From an uncultured Bacteroidales bacterium (GTDB lineage: Bacteria > Bacteroidota > Bacteroidia > Bacteroidales > PUMT01), in contig CAZFOO010000003.1 of assembly GCA_964520585.1 (NCBI GenBank), forward strand, positions 21,169 to 85,168: a stretch of DNA of 64,000 nucleotides, read 5' to 3'. The translations under genes and the position numbers were made by a program. This document shows, in pieces, positions 39,890 through 49,700 of this stretch; position 1 is the stretch's first letter; every line of letters starts with the position of its first letter. Below the pieces are notes generated by a model. The model saw only the letters and a program-made list of their open reading frames with translations. It was not told the origin of the DNA and ran no database searches.

Positions 39890-40288
39890 TCAGATATACT
39901 GGTCCAGGGTTTGTTTCCTGAGATGCTCTCTGAATTGCAGAGTCATCTGGTTGGTAACATTATTCATTATACATTTGTCGAAAGGGCATATCTGTTTATC
40001 CAGGGGACAGGGAGTTATGTCAATATCACCTTCAATGGTTTCGTAAATCTCAAGGAAAGTTATATCCGCCGGCTTCTTTTTAAGGGTAAAGCCACCGCTT
40101 GGTCCACGATGCGACACTAGATAATTATTTTTTGCCAGTCTTTGCATTATCTTGGCAACATGGTGCCTGCTCGCCCCCGTCATTTCAGCTATCTGCATAA
40201 CATTTATTGACGGTTTTGATTTGGCAATCAGTATCATTCCATGCAAAGCAATGGAAGCTGCCTCTGAAATTGTTACTACTTTTGACAT
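39890..40288 (-). CDS. Rrf2-family transcriptional regulator (NsrR/IscR-like, probable Fe-S sensor)
   Basis: 132 aa with wHTH (QIAEMTGASRHHVAKIMQRLAKNNYLVSHRGPSGGF) and three clustered Cys (CPLDKQICPFDKC). Confidence 0.85.
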   Translation of the reverse strand: MSKVVTISEAASIALHGMILIAKSKPSINVMQIAEMTGASRHHVAKIMQRLAKNNYLVSHRGPSGGFTLKKKPADITFLEIYETIEGDIDITPCPLDKQICPFDKCIMNNVTNQMTLQFREHLRKQTLDQYI

Positions 40289-40411
40289 TCCGGAACTTTA
40301 AGTAATTAAATACCACAATAGGATATCAACTGCAAAAGAACAAATTATTTTTTATTTTTCCCGGAATAATATTGAAAAATTAATATATGAAGCCATAAAG
40401 TTTTATATGAT

Positions 40412-43400
40412 CTACCGGATAAGAGTTACATCGCCTGCCATTACCTTTGAGCTGCCGTTGGTAAAGGTAACCCATGCTTTCCATACATATACGTCCTGTT
40501 TGGCCAGACGCTCCTGGTAATACCCGTCCCATCCCTGCATTATGTCGGTACTTTCAAACAGGAATTCTCCCCACCGGTTATATATTCTAAGCCGGTATTT
40601 GGTTACCCCGTCCCAGAAAGGTCTGAAGATATTATTTGATGTGGGGTCGGCAGGGTCATACCATCCCCCGGATGGTCCCGAGGGATTTGGCCTGAATGCA
40701 CTGGGGAAGAAAATCTCTCCGCTGCCCGTCACTGTAACTGCCCGTTCAATGAACATCCTTTCGGTACAGTTATGTTCGGTCCATACTGCTAAACTTATAT
40801 CATACACTCCCAATTCGGTGTAAAGATGTTCCGGGTTTTTTTCTGCTGAATAATTCCCATCCCCGAAATTCCACTCATAAGTTTCACCATATTCAGACAT
40901 ATTATATAACCGGATCTCTTCATCAGGTAAAAGAACAGTATCGGGAGCCACCTTAAAATCCACGACCGGCTTTCTGTAAACTTCTATTTCCCGGTATGTA
41001 AAATCCTCACCCCCTTCCCCGTAAACAATAAGCTTTACATTGTAAACTCCATGCTCCTGGAATGTATGTACCGGTTCCGGATCTTCTGAAGTATTGCCAT
41101 CGTCAAAATCCCAGTAATAGCTGTGCCCGTATATGGAATTATTAATGAATCTTACAGTGTGGGGAACACATCCCGGCACCAGAGTGTCAAAAGCGGCCAC
41201 CGGAACCGGCGGTTTTATATATATACGGTGACTAACTGAATCGGAACAGTTATCGTTCCAAACCCTCAAACCTATATTATATTCGCCCCAATCCCCGAAC
41301 TCATAGCTACCCGGGTATCTCTTATCAGAAAAGTTCCCGTCGTCAAAATCCCATTTATATTCCCATATACCATCTTTGCTGACATTGTCAATGTCGACAG
41401 AAAGAGAAGGGTATTCCTGGAAGACCGGGTTGACGGTGAATTCTGCTTCAGGTTGAGGGTAGATGGCTATCTCATATCCGGCTGTATCGGTGCACCCGTA
41501 TTCTGATATACCGGCCAGTCTGACGAAATAGCTGGTATCATTGAATGAATTATTGAAATATACATGATGTGGATCTTTGATGCCGATACCCAGTCCGTCG
41601 CCAAAATCCCAATGATAACTTACCGCTCCCGTTGTGTTATTCTGAAAATTTACCGCCAGGGGACTGCATCCTTCAGTAGCAGAACTGAAGTCCGCGTTTA
41701 CCCGGGGATATACGCGGACCGGCTGGCTGGTTGAGTCGCTGCACCCGTATTGGGTTTCTGCAATCAGCTGAAGGGTATAAGTTTTGGTTGCTTCCTCCTG
41801 GTTATCATACCTGTGGTAAAATAAATCTTTTGAAGTTGTATGGTAGTCTTCTCCATCACCAAATATCCAGGTGTAATGATCGGCATCTATGCTTGTGTTG
41901 GATACAGGAAAGTCGAATGGTGGACAAGTGGTGGTGTTATCGGTTTCGAAACTTGCACGTGGATTTGGATAAACTGTTATATCCATGCTGTACTCGCTTA
42001 TGCATTGATCTTCTGAAAAAGAGCGCAGAGTCACCACCCGGGTAATAGTTACACTTTCTGTATTCATAAAGGTATAGCGGGGCGAATGATCCGTTGAGGT
42101 GACACCGTCGCCGAAATCCCATTCGTGCCTGCTGCCTCCTTTGGTAAGGTTTTCAAAATCCACTTCCAGGGGGTGACAGCCATCAGTTACCGTTGCAGTG
42201 AACAAAGCATCAATGTCGTTATGTACATTTATGTTCTTTTCTATTCTGTCTTCACATCCTGCATAATTAATGGCGGTGAGATTTACAGGGTAGGATGCCT
42301 GATCATCGTATCCTGGGTTGGTGAAGATATGGGTAAAACTATCGTTGTTCCAGGTAATAGTATCTTTACCGTCTCCAAAATCCCATATATATTTTTCTGC
42401 TCCAATGGAGGAATTGCTGAATTCAATTTCAAAGGGCGTGCATCCTGAACTTTCCGGAAAGTTGAAACCGGCATTAACATAAGGATGTACTCTTATATCC
42501 ACGTAGAAGGTGTCGGTACAGGTATTATTGTCCGCTATGGTAACCAGCCTTACCCTGTAAACACTGTCCGCTGTCCCTGTATTACTGAAAGTGTGGACCG
42601 GCTCAGCTTCTGAAGAATAATTTCCGTTGCCGAAATCCCATGAATAATATTTTACTCCCTTACTGGTATTAGAAAATTCCACTTCAAGCGGATGACATCC
42701 TTCCCTCGTATTTGGCTCAAATTCAGCTGAAATTGAGGGTTTTACTTCGAGGGTCCTGCTTGTTTCACTTATACAGCCTGCATAGTTTTCTGCACGCATA
42801 TTTATTGTATAGGTAGCAGACGTATCGAACGAGGGATTACTGAATCTCCGGACAAAGGATCCGGTGCTGTAAGTTATGCTGTCCGAACCATCGTTGAAGT
42901 CCCAGTAATAAACAGAAGCATTTACGGAAGTATTTTCTATTTCAACATCAAACGGATTGCAACCGGTGTTGCCGTCAAGATTGAAATCTGCTTTTACATA
43001 GGGATGGACGGTTATATCAACGTAAAAAGAATCCTGGCATACATTGTTGGGTGCAGTAGAAACTAACATGACCCTGTAGATGCTGTCTGTAGTCCCTGTG
43101 TTTGTGAAGGTATGAGCCGGTTCGTATTCTGATGATGAGCTGCCATCTCCAAAATCCCATCTGTAGAGTTGGCCCCCTTCGGTATCGTTTGCAAAACTGA
43201 TGGTAAGGGGATGACATCCCCCTGTTTGTGACGGGGTGAACTCCGCGATAATATCCGGTAAAACGGTCACCTGTTTAGTCAGTTCCGAAGTACAGCCAGC
43301 ATAGTTTTCTGCAATAAGAGTTACGTTGTAATCCTCTGCTGCGCTGAAGCTACTGTTTGAAAAAATATGGTTTACCGGATCCTCAGAGCTTGTGGACAAT

Positions 43401-46400
43401 GATTCATCGTCACCGAAATCCCAAAAATAATCCGAACCACCGTAACTCTGGTTAATAAGCTCAACGTCGAACGGATTGCAGCCGGTATTGCTTCCGGTGG
43501 TGAAATTTGCCTCAACCCTTCCGTGGACCCTGATATCCCAGCTGTTGGTCGTAGTGCAATGTCCATTGGCAGAGGTGGTGGTAAGCTGTACCTGTCTTAT
43601 TAGGTCGGAGGTGCCGGTGTTTATAAAGGTATGGGTTGGATTGGGCTCATCCGATCCTGCACCATCACCAAAATCCCATTCCCATTTTGCCGCGTTTTTA
43701 GACAGTTCCATAAAATCAATGATGAGCGGCTCGCAACCCCCCGACACCCCCGGCTGAAAATTGGCTGTAAGCTGAGGATATACCAGTATTTCCCTGGTTA
43801 AACTGTCCCTGCACCCCTGGTCATTTTCAACAACCAGCTTGAGTTCAAATATCCGGTCGGACGAACCTGTATTATGAAATGTATGGGTAAAGGCAGCCTG
43901 GCTGGTGGTAGATGTGCCCGATCCATCTCCAAAATCCCATAAATAATGATCTGCCCCGGTTGAGCTGCTGTTTATGGTAACGCTCAGCGGGTGGCATCCT
44001 TCAATATTATCTATGCTAAAGGAGGCCTCGATCAATGGGTGGACGGCTACTTCAACCCTTGCGGTGTCTGAACAGCCCTGGTCCGATATAGCAATCAGCA
44101 TAACATCATAAATGACATCATGACCCGAATAATTTACCGGGTATGTATGCTGGGGAGCCGCTTCATCCGATCCGGATCCGTCGCCGAAGTACCATACATA
44201 ACTTGTTGCTCCCGCCGATAAATTAGTGAAGGTGACGTTGTGAGGAGAGCAGCCATCTATAGGATCAGCGGTGAATCCGGCATTGACCTCAGGATGTATG
44301 GTAACCTCTCTTTCAATTATGTCTTGGCATCCTTTATCATTGGTTACCGTTAACCGGATGGTACGGGTAACACTGGCGGTACCGCTGTTTTCAAAAATGT
44401 GCACGAATTCTCCCGATGAAGTGGTTGAGGTGTTACCGTCTCCAAAATCCCACAAATAACTTGTAGCGCCGATGGACTGGTCTTTTATAACCAGCTCCAG
44501 GGGAGCACATCCTGAGGGTTGGTCGAAAGTAAACCCGGCCTCAATGTAAGGGTCAACCGTTATGTTCATTTCAGAGGTATCCCGGCACCCGAAAGGTGAA
44601 ACAGCTGTCAGTGTTACCGGATATGTTATACTGCCGGTGCCGGTACGGTTAAGGAACAGATGGGAGGGATGCTCATCCGGCGAGGATGCACCATCTCCAA
44701 AATCCCAGTACCACTGGTCCGTGTTGCCTGATGATAAATTTGTAAATTTCACTTCAACCGGGTCGCAGCCAGCATCCAGGTCGACTGAAAAATCTGATAC
44801 GATGGAAGGGTAGACCGTTATTTTTCTTTGTAACTGATCAGAGTAACCATCCACATTTCTTACTACAAGCTCGATGGTGTGTTCGACCGGGGCATCTGTA
44901 TTATTTTCAAAGAGGTAAGTTATATCATCGGGAGTACTTGTCATGTCAACAATCACATTATCTACATACCACCTGAAATTGGTTCCCCCGGTAGATTGAT
45001 TATAGAGTGTTACCTCTTCAGGGGCGCAGACGGCGGCTTCGTCAAAGGTGAATTTAGCCTCGACGGGAGTAGAAACCTGAACCGATATTGTTGCGCTGTC
45101 TGTCATGTTGCAGGCTCCTGATACGGTTACCTTGTAGAGAGTGCTGCTGAGCGGATTGGCAATCGGGGTTGGGCTGAGAGGATCATCAAGGTAGGAATGG
45201 GGCTCCCAGTTGTAACTGGTTCCTCCCGATGCAAAAAGCTGTACCGGAACACCATAGCATGTGCGAAGAACATTGGAGTTGGTTCCTTCAACATTAGCCC
45301 TTACTTCCAGCTCGTTGAAGTCCGAGAAATAGCCGTACATGGTCCCGCTGGTTGGTCCGCCATTAATAATACCCAGGTGAAACACATCTTTGGTATTCTG
45401 TATCATGCTGGCTACACCAACAGGAATAACTGCCTGGTCAAACTCAAATTCAGCAGCAAGCCAATCTGTCGTGCCCGGAACTGCATTGAAATCCACATCC
45501 TGAATAAGGGCTGCATCACCATTGAGAATAAATCCGTCTTCTGCGCCGGCGCGGACCAGTATATTCATGAAAAAACTTTCCCCTTTAGAGCGGGTAAAGG
45601 ATACCTGGGTGGAGCCTGTGCATACATTTACCGGCGGAAGAATCCCGCCTCCCATTTCACAACCAAACCCTGCAACATGATATACATAAGCAGGTTCTGA
45701 TGTTTTTATATGATGCCTGTCCATGGTGAACTCATGTCTGTATACCTCCCCAATGTTTAGTGTGATGACATATATCCCGTCAATCTCCACCTGGGTGGTA
45801 TTTTGAGTTGCGGTAACATAGAAAGATTCCCTCATCCCGGCATTGAGCCTGCCCTGCATGGCAATATACTCGGTACCGATAATGCTCACCGGAACGATCT
45901 GATCTCCTATCAGATCCTTGCAGTTTGCATGAGGATGGGCATCGACAGAATCATCGGCAGTGGTTACCGCCACCGGCTTGTTAGACACTATGCGGGTACC
46001 TGCCAGCCGGTTTTCCGGAAGCTGCCCGGCACGCGGATGCACCCCTGCAATCATATTATCAGGTCCCACCGCATAGGTTTGTCCCCTGTTCAGTACCACG
46101 GTAAAAGGCACTCCTGCCGGTCTTCCGGGATGAGCCGGCTTGGTGGGGGTGATGGTAACCTCGGTATTATCTTCGGTGGCCACTATCAGGATGGATGAGT
46201 AGGGCTGGGGACTATAATTGCCGTTTCGGAAATAGTTCTGGAAGGGGACAAAGAATTCCGTTCCCAGTGCGTTCCTTCCTTTAAGTGCAAAGATATCGGG
46301 ATTCAAATGAGTACCAACTTCGTAATAAGCAGTTATCATATTGTCGGACTGGACTCTTATTCCTCTGTCCAGCGGTAATGTACCAAGATAGGGGTCATTT

Positions 46401-46732
46401 TCCATTAAATCACGGAAAAGCGACAGATCAACCGTTTGTGCATCGTTGGCTCCCAGGTTCACCACGATGGGCACAAATGCAGGGTTGGCAGGTATGGAAA
46501 TGGTAACCTGGGCAGGAATGTTCATGCTGGCAAGCCTTATATATATCGGAACACCCCCCGTGCCATGACCCTGGGTGATCTTTGGTGCGGCAAACCAGAA
46601 TTCCGTATCTGTCTGCGCCAACCCTTCTCTGCCTGTTATCAGCAAGGCCAGAAACAACAGAATCCGGACTCCTTTTCCGGCTTTAGCTCCTGCTATGGAG
46701 GTCAATATTTTATCCGTTGTTTTCATTATCAT
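40412..46732 (-). CDS. Giant (2106 aa) cell-surface protein: signal peptide, ~500-aa N-terminal beta-rich domain, ~17 PKD repeats, T9SS type B C-terminal domain
   Basis: The N-terminus (DTEFWFAAP...) resembles the IgGFc-binding-protein-type N-terminal domain. W-[DE]-F-G-D-G PKD motifs recur about every 87 aa. The start ATG overlaps the upstream stop as ATGA. Confidence 0.9.
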   Translation of the reverse strand: MIMKTTDKILTSIAGAKAGKGVRILLFLALLITGREGLAQTDTEFWFAAPKITQGHGTGGVPIYIRLASMNIPAQVTISIPANPAFVPIVVNLGANDAQTVDLSLFRDLMENDPYLGTLPLDRGIRVQSDNMITAYYEVGTHLNPDIFALKGRNALGTEFFVPFQNYFRNGNYSPQPYSSILIVATEDNTEVTITPTKPAHPGRPAGVPFTVVLNRGQTYAVGPDNMIAGVHPRAGQLPENRLAGTRIVSNKPVAVTTADDSVDAHPHANCKDLIGDQIVPVSIIGTEYIAMQGRLNAGMRESFYVTATQNTTQVEIDGIYVITLNIGEVYRHEFTMDRHHIKTSEPAYVYHVAGFGCEMGGGILPPVNVCTGSTQVSFTRSKGESFFMNILVRAGAEDGFILNGDAALIQDVDFNAVPGTTDWLAAEFEFDQAVIPVGVASMIQNTKDVFHLGIINGGPTSGTMYGYFSDFNELEVRANVEGTNSNVLRTCYGVPVQLFASGGTSYNWEPHSYLDDPLSPTPIANPLSSTLYKVTVSGACNMTDSATISVQVSTPVEAKFTFDEAAVCAPEEVTLYNQSTGGTNFRWYVDNVIVDMTSTPDDITYLFENNTDAPVEHTIELVVRNVDGYSDQLQRKITVYPSIVSDFSVDLDAGCDPVEVKFTNLSSGNTDQWYWDFGDGASSPDEHPSHLFLNRTGTGSITYPVTLTAVSPFGCRDTSEMNITVDPYIEAGFTFDQPSGCAPLELVIKDQSIGATSYLWDFGDGNTSTTSSGEFVHIFENSGTASVTRTIRLTVTNDKGCQDIIEREVTIHPEVNAGFTADPIDGCSPHNVTFTNLSAGATSYVWYFGDGSGSDEAAPQHTYPVNYSGHDVIYDVMLIAISDQGCSDTARVEVAVHPLIEASFSIDNIEGCHPLSVTINSSSTGADHYLWDFGDGSGTSTTSQAAFTHTFHNTGSSDRIFELKLVVENDQGCRDSLTREILVYPQLTANFQPGVSGGCEPLIIDFMELSKNAAKWEWDFGDGAGSDEPNPTHTFINTGTSDLIRQVQLTTTSANGHCTTTNSWDIRVHGRVEANFTTGSNTGCNPFDVELINQSYGGSDYFWDFGDDESLSTSSEDPVNHIFSNSSFSAAEDYNVTLIAENYAGCTSELTKQVTVLPDIIAEFTPSQTGGCHPLTISFANDTEGGQLYRWDFGDGSSSSEYEPAHTFTNTGTTDSIYRVMLVSTAPNNVCQDSFYVDITVHPYVKADFNLDGNTGCNPFDVEIENTSVNASVYYWDFNDGSDSITYSTGSFVRRFSNPSFDTSATYTINMRAENYAGCISETSRTLEVKPSISAEFEPNTREGCHPLEVEFSNTSKGVKYYSWDFGNGNYSSEAEPVHTFSNTGTADSVYRVRLVTIADNNTCTDTFYVDIRVHPYVNAGFNFPESSGCTPFEIEFSNSSIGAEKYIWDFGDGKDTITWNNDSFTHIFTNPGYDDQASYPVNLTAINYAGCEDRIEKNINVHNDIDALFTATVTDGCHPLEVDFENLTKGGSRHEWDFGDGVTSTDHSPRYTFMNTESVTITRVVTLRSFSEDQCISEYSMDITVYPNPRASFETDNTTTCPPFDFPVSNTSIDADHYTWIFGDGEDYHTTSKDLFYHRYDNQEEATKTYTLQLIAETQYGCSDSTSQPVRVYPRVNADFSSATEGCSPLAVNFQNNTTGAVSYHWDFGDGLGIGIKDPHHVYFNNSFNDTSYFVRLAGISEYGCTDTAGYEIAIYPQPEAEFTVNPVFQEYPSLSVDIDNVSKDGIWEYKWDFDDGNFSDKRYPGSYEFGDWGEYNIGLRVWNDNCSDSVSHRIYIKPPVPVAAFDTLVPGCVPHTVRFINNSIYGHSYYWDFDDGNTSEDPEPVHTFQEHGVYNVKLIVYGEGGEDFTYREIEVYRKPVVDFKVAPDTVLLPDEEIRLYNMSEYGETYEWNFGDGNYSAEKNPEHLYTELGVYDISLAVWTEHNCTERMFIERAVTVTGSGEIFFPSAFRPNPSGPSGGWYDPADPTSNNIFRPFWDGVTKYRLRIYNRWGEFLFESTDIMQGWDGYYQERLAKQDVYVWKAWVTFTNGSSKVMAGDVTLIR
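40415..40720 (-). other. T9SS type B sorting domain (gliding-motility-associated C-terminal domain)
   Basis: Last 102 aa: FFPSAFRPN...YRLRIYNRWGEFLFES...GWDGYYQ...DVYVWKAW...GDVTLIR. Confidence 0.85.
40721..45066 (-). repeat. PKD-domain coding repeat array (~17 units; boundaries approximate)
   Basis: Recurring C..P..V.F.N.S.G...Y.WDFGDG....S....H.F...G...V.L.......C.D......I.V motif. Confidence 0.85.
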
Positions 46733-49700
46733 CTTAACAGCGTAACATCTCCCGCTTTAATGAATTCTTCCCCGTTAATATAATTTCCCCATGCCTTCCA
46801 TACATACACATCCTGCTTGGATATTTTGCCCTGGTAATATCCGTCCCAGCCAATTTCAATATCCTCGCTGACGAACAGCAGCTCCCCCCACCGGTTATAT
46901 ATCTCCAGCCGGTATTCTTCTATTCCGGCATGGAGCGGATAAAACACCGTGTTGGGGTTGAGGGCGTTCCTGTTGTAGCTTCCGCCTGACGGGCCATAAA
47001 TATCCGGCCGGAATGCATTTGGAAATGCGATTATTCCTTCCCCTGTCACCGTTACCGCGTTATGTTTGGTCATTTCACCGTAACAGCCATCATCAGTCCA
47101 CACACTCAGCCTGATATCATAGTCGCCGGTTTCAGTATACTGGTGAATGGGGCTTTCCAGACCGGACTGTATGCCATCGCCGAAATCCCATAAATAGCTG
47201 CTGCCGAATTTTGATTCATTAAACAGCTGTACCTTTTGCCCCGGAAGCATCACCAGCTCGGGAGACACCATGAAACTCACCTCAGGCAGCCTGTAAACTT
47301 CAACTTCCCTGTAGGCGAATTCCGCTCCTCCAGCCCCGGTAACGGTAAGTTTGACACTGTAAAGTCCCGGCTCCTCAAAAATATGGTAGGGTTCAGGATC
47401 GGCCGACGTATTTCCGTCCCCGAATTCCCAAAAATAGCTGCTCCCGTACACCGAGTTATTTCTAAACTGAACACCGTGGGGCGCACATCCGGGTCCAGGA
47501 TGTTCAAATTCTGCAACCGGCGGTGGCGGCAGGATCCTGATCCGGCGTGAAATAGAATGAGAACAATTGGTGCTTGAAACGTAAAGACCTATTTCATATT
47601 CACCCCAATCTCCATATTCATGAGCACCCGGATCCTTTTCCACGCTGGTTGTGCCGTCATCAAAATTCCACTCAAAATCCCAGTTGCCGGGATTGGTCAT
47701 ATTTTCAATTTCTATTGTTGCCGAAGGCCATGTCTGGTGAGTTGGCAGGGCAGTGAACCTGCTTACCGGCTGCGGATATACATCTATGTGGTAGCCCATA
47801 CTGTCCCTGCATCCGTATTCTGAAATTCCTGTCTGCTGCACATAGAAGCTGGTATCATTTACCGAATTATTTAAATACTGGTGAACAGGGTCTTTTACTC
47901 TGGAAAAGCTGCCATCTCCAAGATGCCATTCGTGGGTTACAGCTCTTACCGACTCATCGGTAAATCTTGCCGTCAGGGGACTGCAACCTTCGGTGACGGA
48001 GCTGAAACCGGTTATCACACCCGGATAGACAAATATTTTCTGCTGCGCCGAATCTACACATCCGTAATCTGTTTTGGCAATTAATTTAAGATCATATCCT
48101 GCAATGTCGTCTCCGGAATTATTATAAGTATGGGTGAGAAGGCCCCTGTCTCCTGTCGTGGTACTGCTCCCGTCGCCGAATAGCCATGTGTAGTTTTCTG
48201 CTCCCAGGGTTAAGTTATCTATCAACAGGTCAAATGGGGGACAATCCACCGATTTTTCTATATCGATCACCGGCACCGGAAGTGGATATACTGAAATGGT
48301 AAAGGTGGTATCGGCAGTACAGAAACTTTGCGATGTGGCGGTAAGGGTAACTTCCTGTTCAATCCGGTTGCCTGAAAAGTTGGTGAAAATGTGGGATGGA
48401 TTTTCCTTATCGGTGAATGCACCATCACCAAAATCCCATCTGTAGGTATATCCTCCCTGGGAAATATTGTCGAAATCTACCGGCAGCGGATTGCAGCCCT
48501 CATTGACGGAGGGGGTGACCGCGGCCCTCACATCAGCATGAAGACTGACCGTTCTTTGTATCTGATGAGTGCATCCTGCATAATTCTCAGCTTCCAGGGT
48601 TACCGGGAAATCGGCCTTACTGGTGTAGCTGGCATTGGCAAATCTGCGTCCAAAACCGTTCATGTTATAGGTAATCGTATCCGTTCCGTCACCGAAATTC
48701 CACCTGTATATTTCTCCTCCGGTGGAGGAGTTGTTGAAAGTAAATTCAGCCGGAGTGCATTGTATACCTTCCGGGAAACTGAAATCCGCCTTCACCATGG
48801 GATGGACCCTGATGTCCATGTAGAAGGAGTCGCTGCATACATTATTTGCAGCAGTTACCCGCAGCATGACCCTGAAAATGCTGTCGGTACTGCCGGTGTT
48901 GGTATAGGTATGCGATGGGGAGCTTTCCGCCGAAGAGCTCCCGTCACCAAAGTCCCATTCATAATGATAAGCCCCGCTGCTTACATCTGTAAAATCAACT
49001 GTCAGCGGCTGACATCCCTGGAGGTCGCTGACCTGGAAATCTGCATTTATATCCGGATATACCTTTACAGTTTTTACCATCTCGCTTTCACATCCCTCAT
49101 TGCTTATTGCCTTCATGGTTACCGGATATTCCGATATGTCTGAGAAACCACTGTTTGTGAACTTGTACGGGAAGGGATTATTATTGAAAGTGACGCTGTC
49201 GTTTCCGTCGCCAAAATCCCAATGGTACTCTGCACCATTTACCGATGAGTTTTCCAGAACAGCTTCAAAAGGGGTGCATCCAATATTTTCCGGCAGATCA
49301 AAGTCCGCCATTAAATAAGGATGTACGGTGATGTCAATACTGAATGAATCGCTGCAAACATTGTTTTCTGCCGTCGTGACCAGTGTCACGGTGTATATGC
49401 TGTCAGTAGTACCTGTATTGGTGAAGGTATGAGTTGGGCCGGCCTGTGCTGATGTTTTGCCGTTGCCGAAATCCCAGTGATAGTAATGTTCTCCCTGGCT
49501 CATATTGCTGAAATCAACGGTAAGCGGATGGCAGCCCAGGTTTACAGATGCAGAGAATTCAGCTTTTATAGATGGATAAACGCTGACCGGCAGGACTGAC
49601 TGATCTGTGCAACCGGCATAGTTAACTGCTGTCATGGTAACATCATACTCCAGTATATCAGAAAAGCTTATATTATCAAATGTGTGGGAGACCGGAAATG

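Noticed and set aside
48391-49143. 250-aa ORF on the plus strand (similar cases at 45197-45700, 45803-46198 and 46436-46783)
   Set aside because: These are antisense to the PKD-array genes and repeat at the PKD period. They are a by-product of stop-poor reverse frames.
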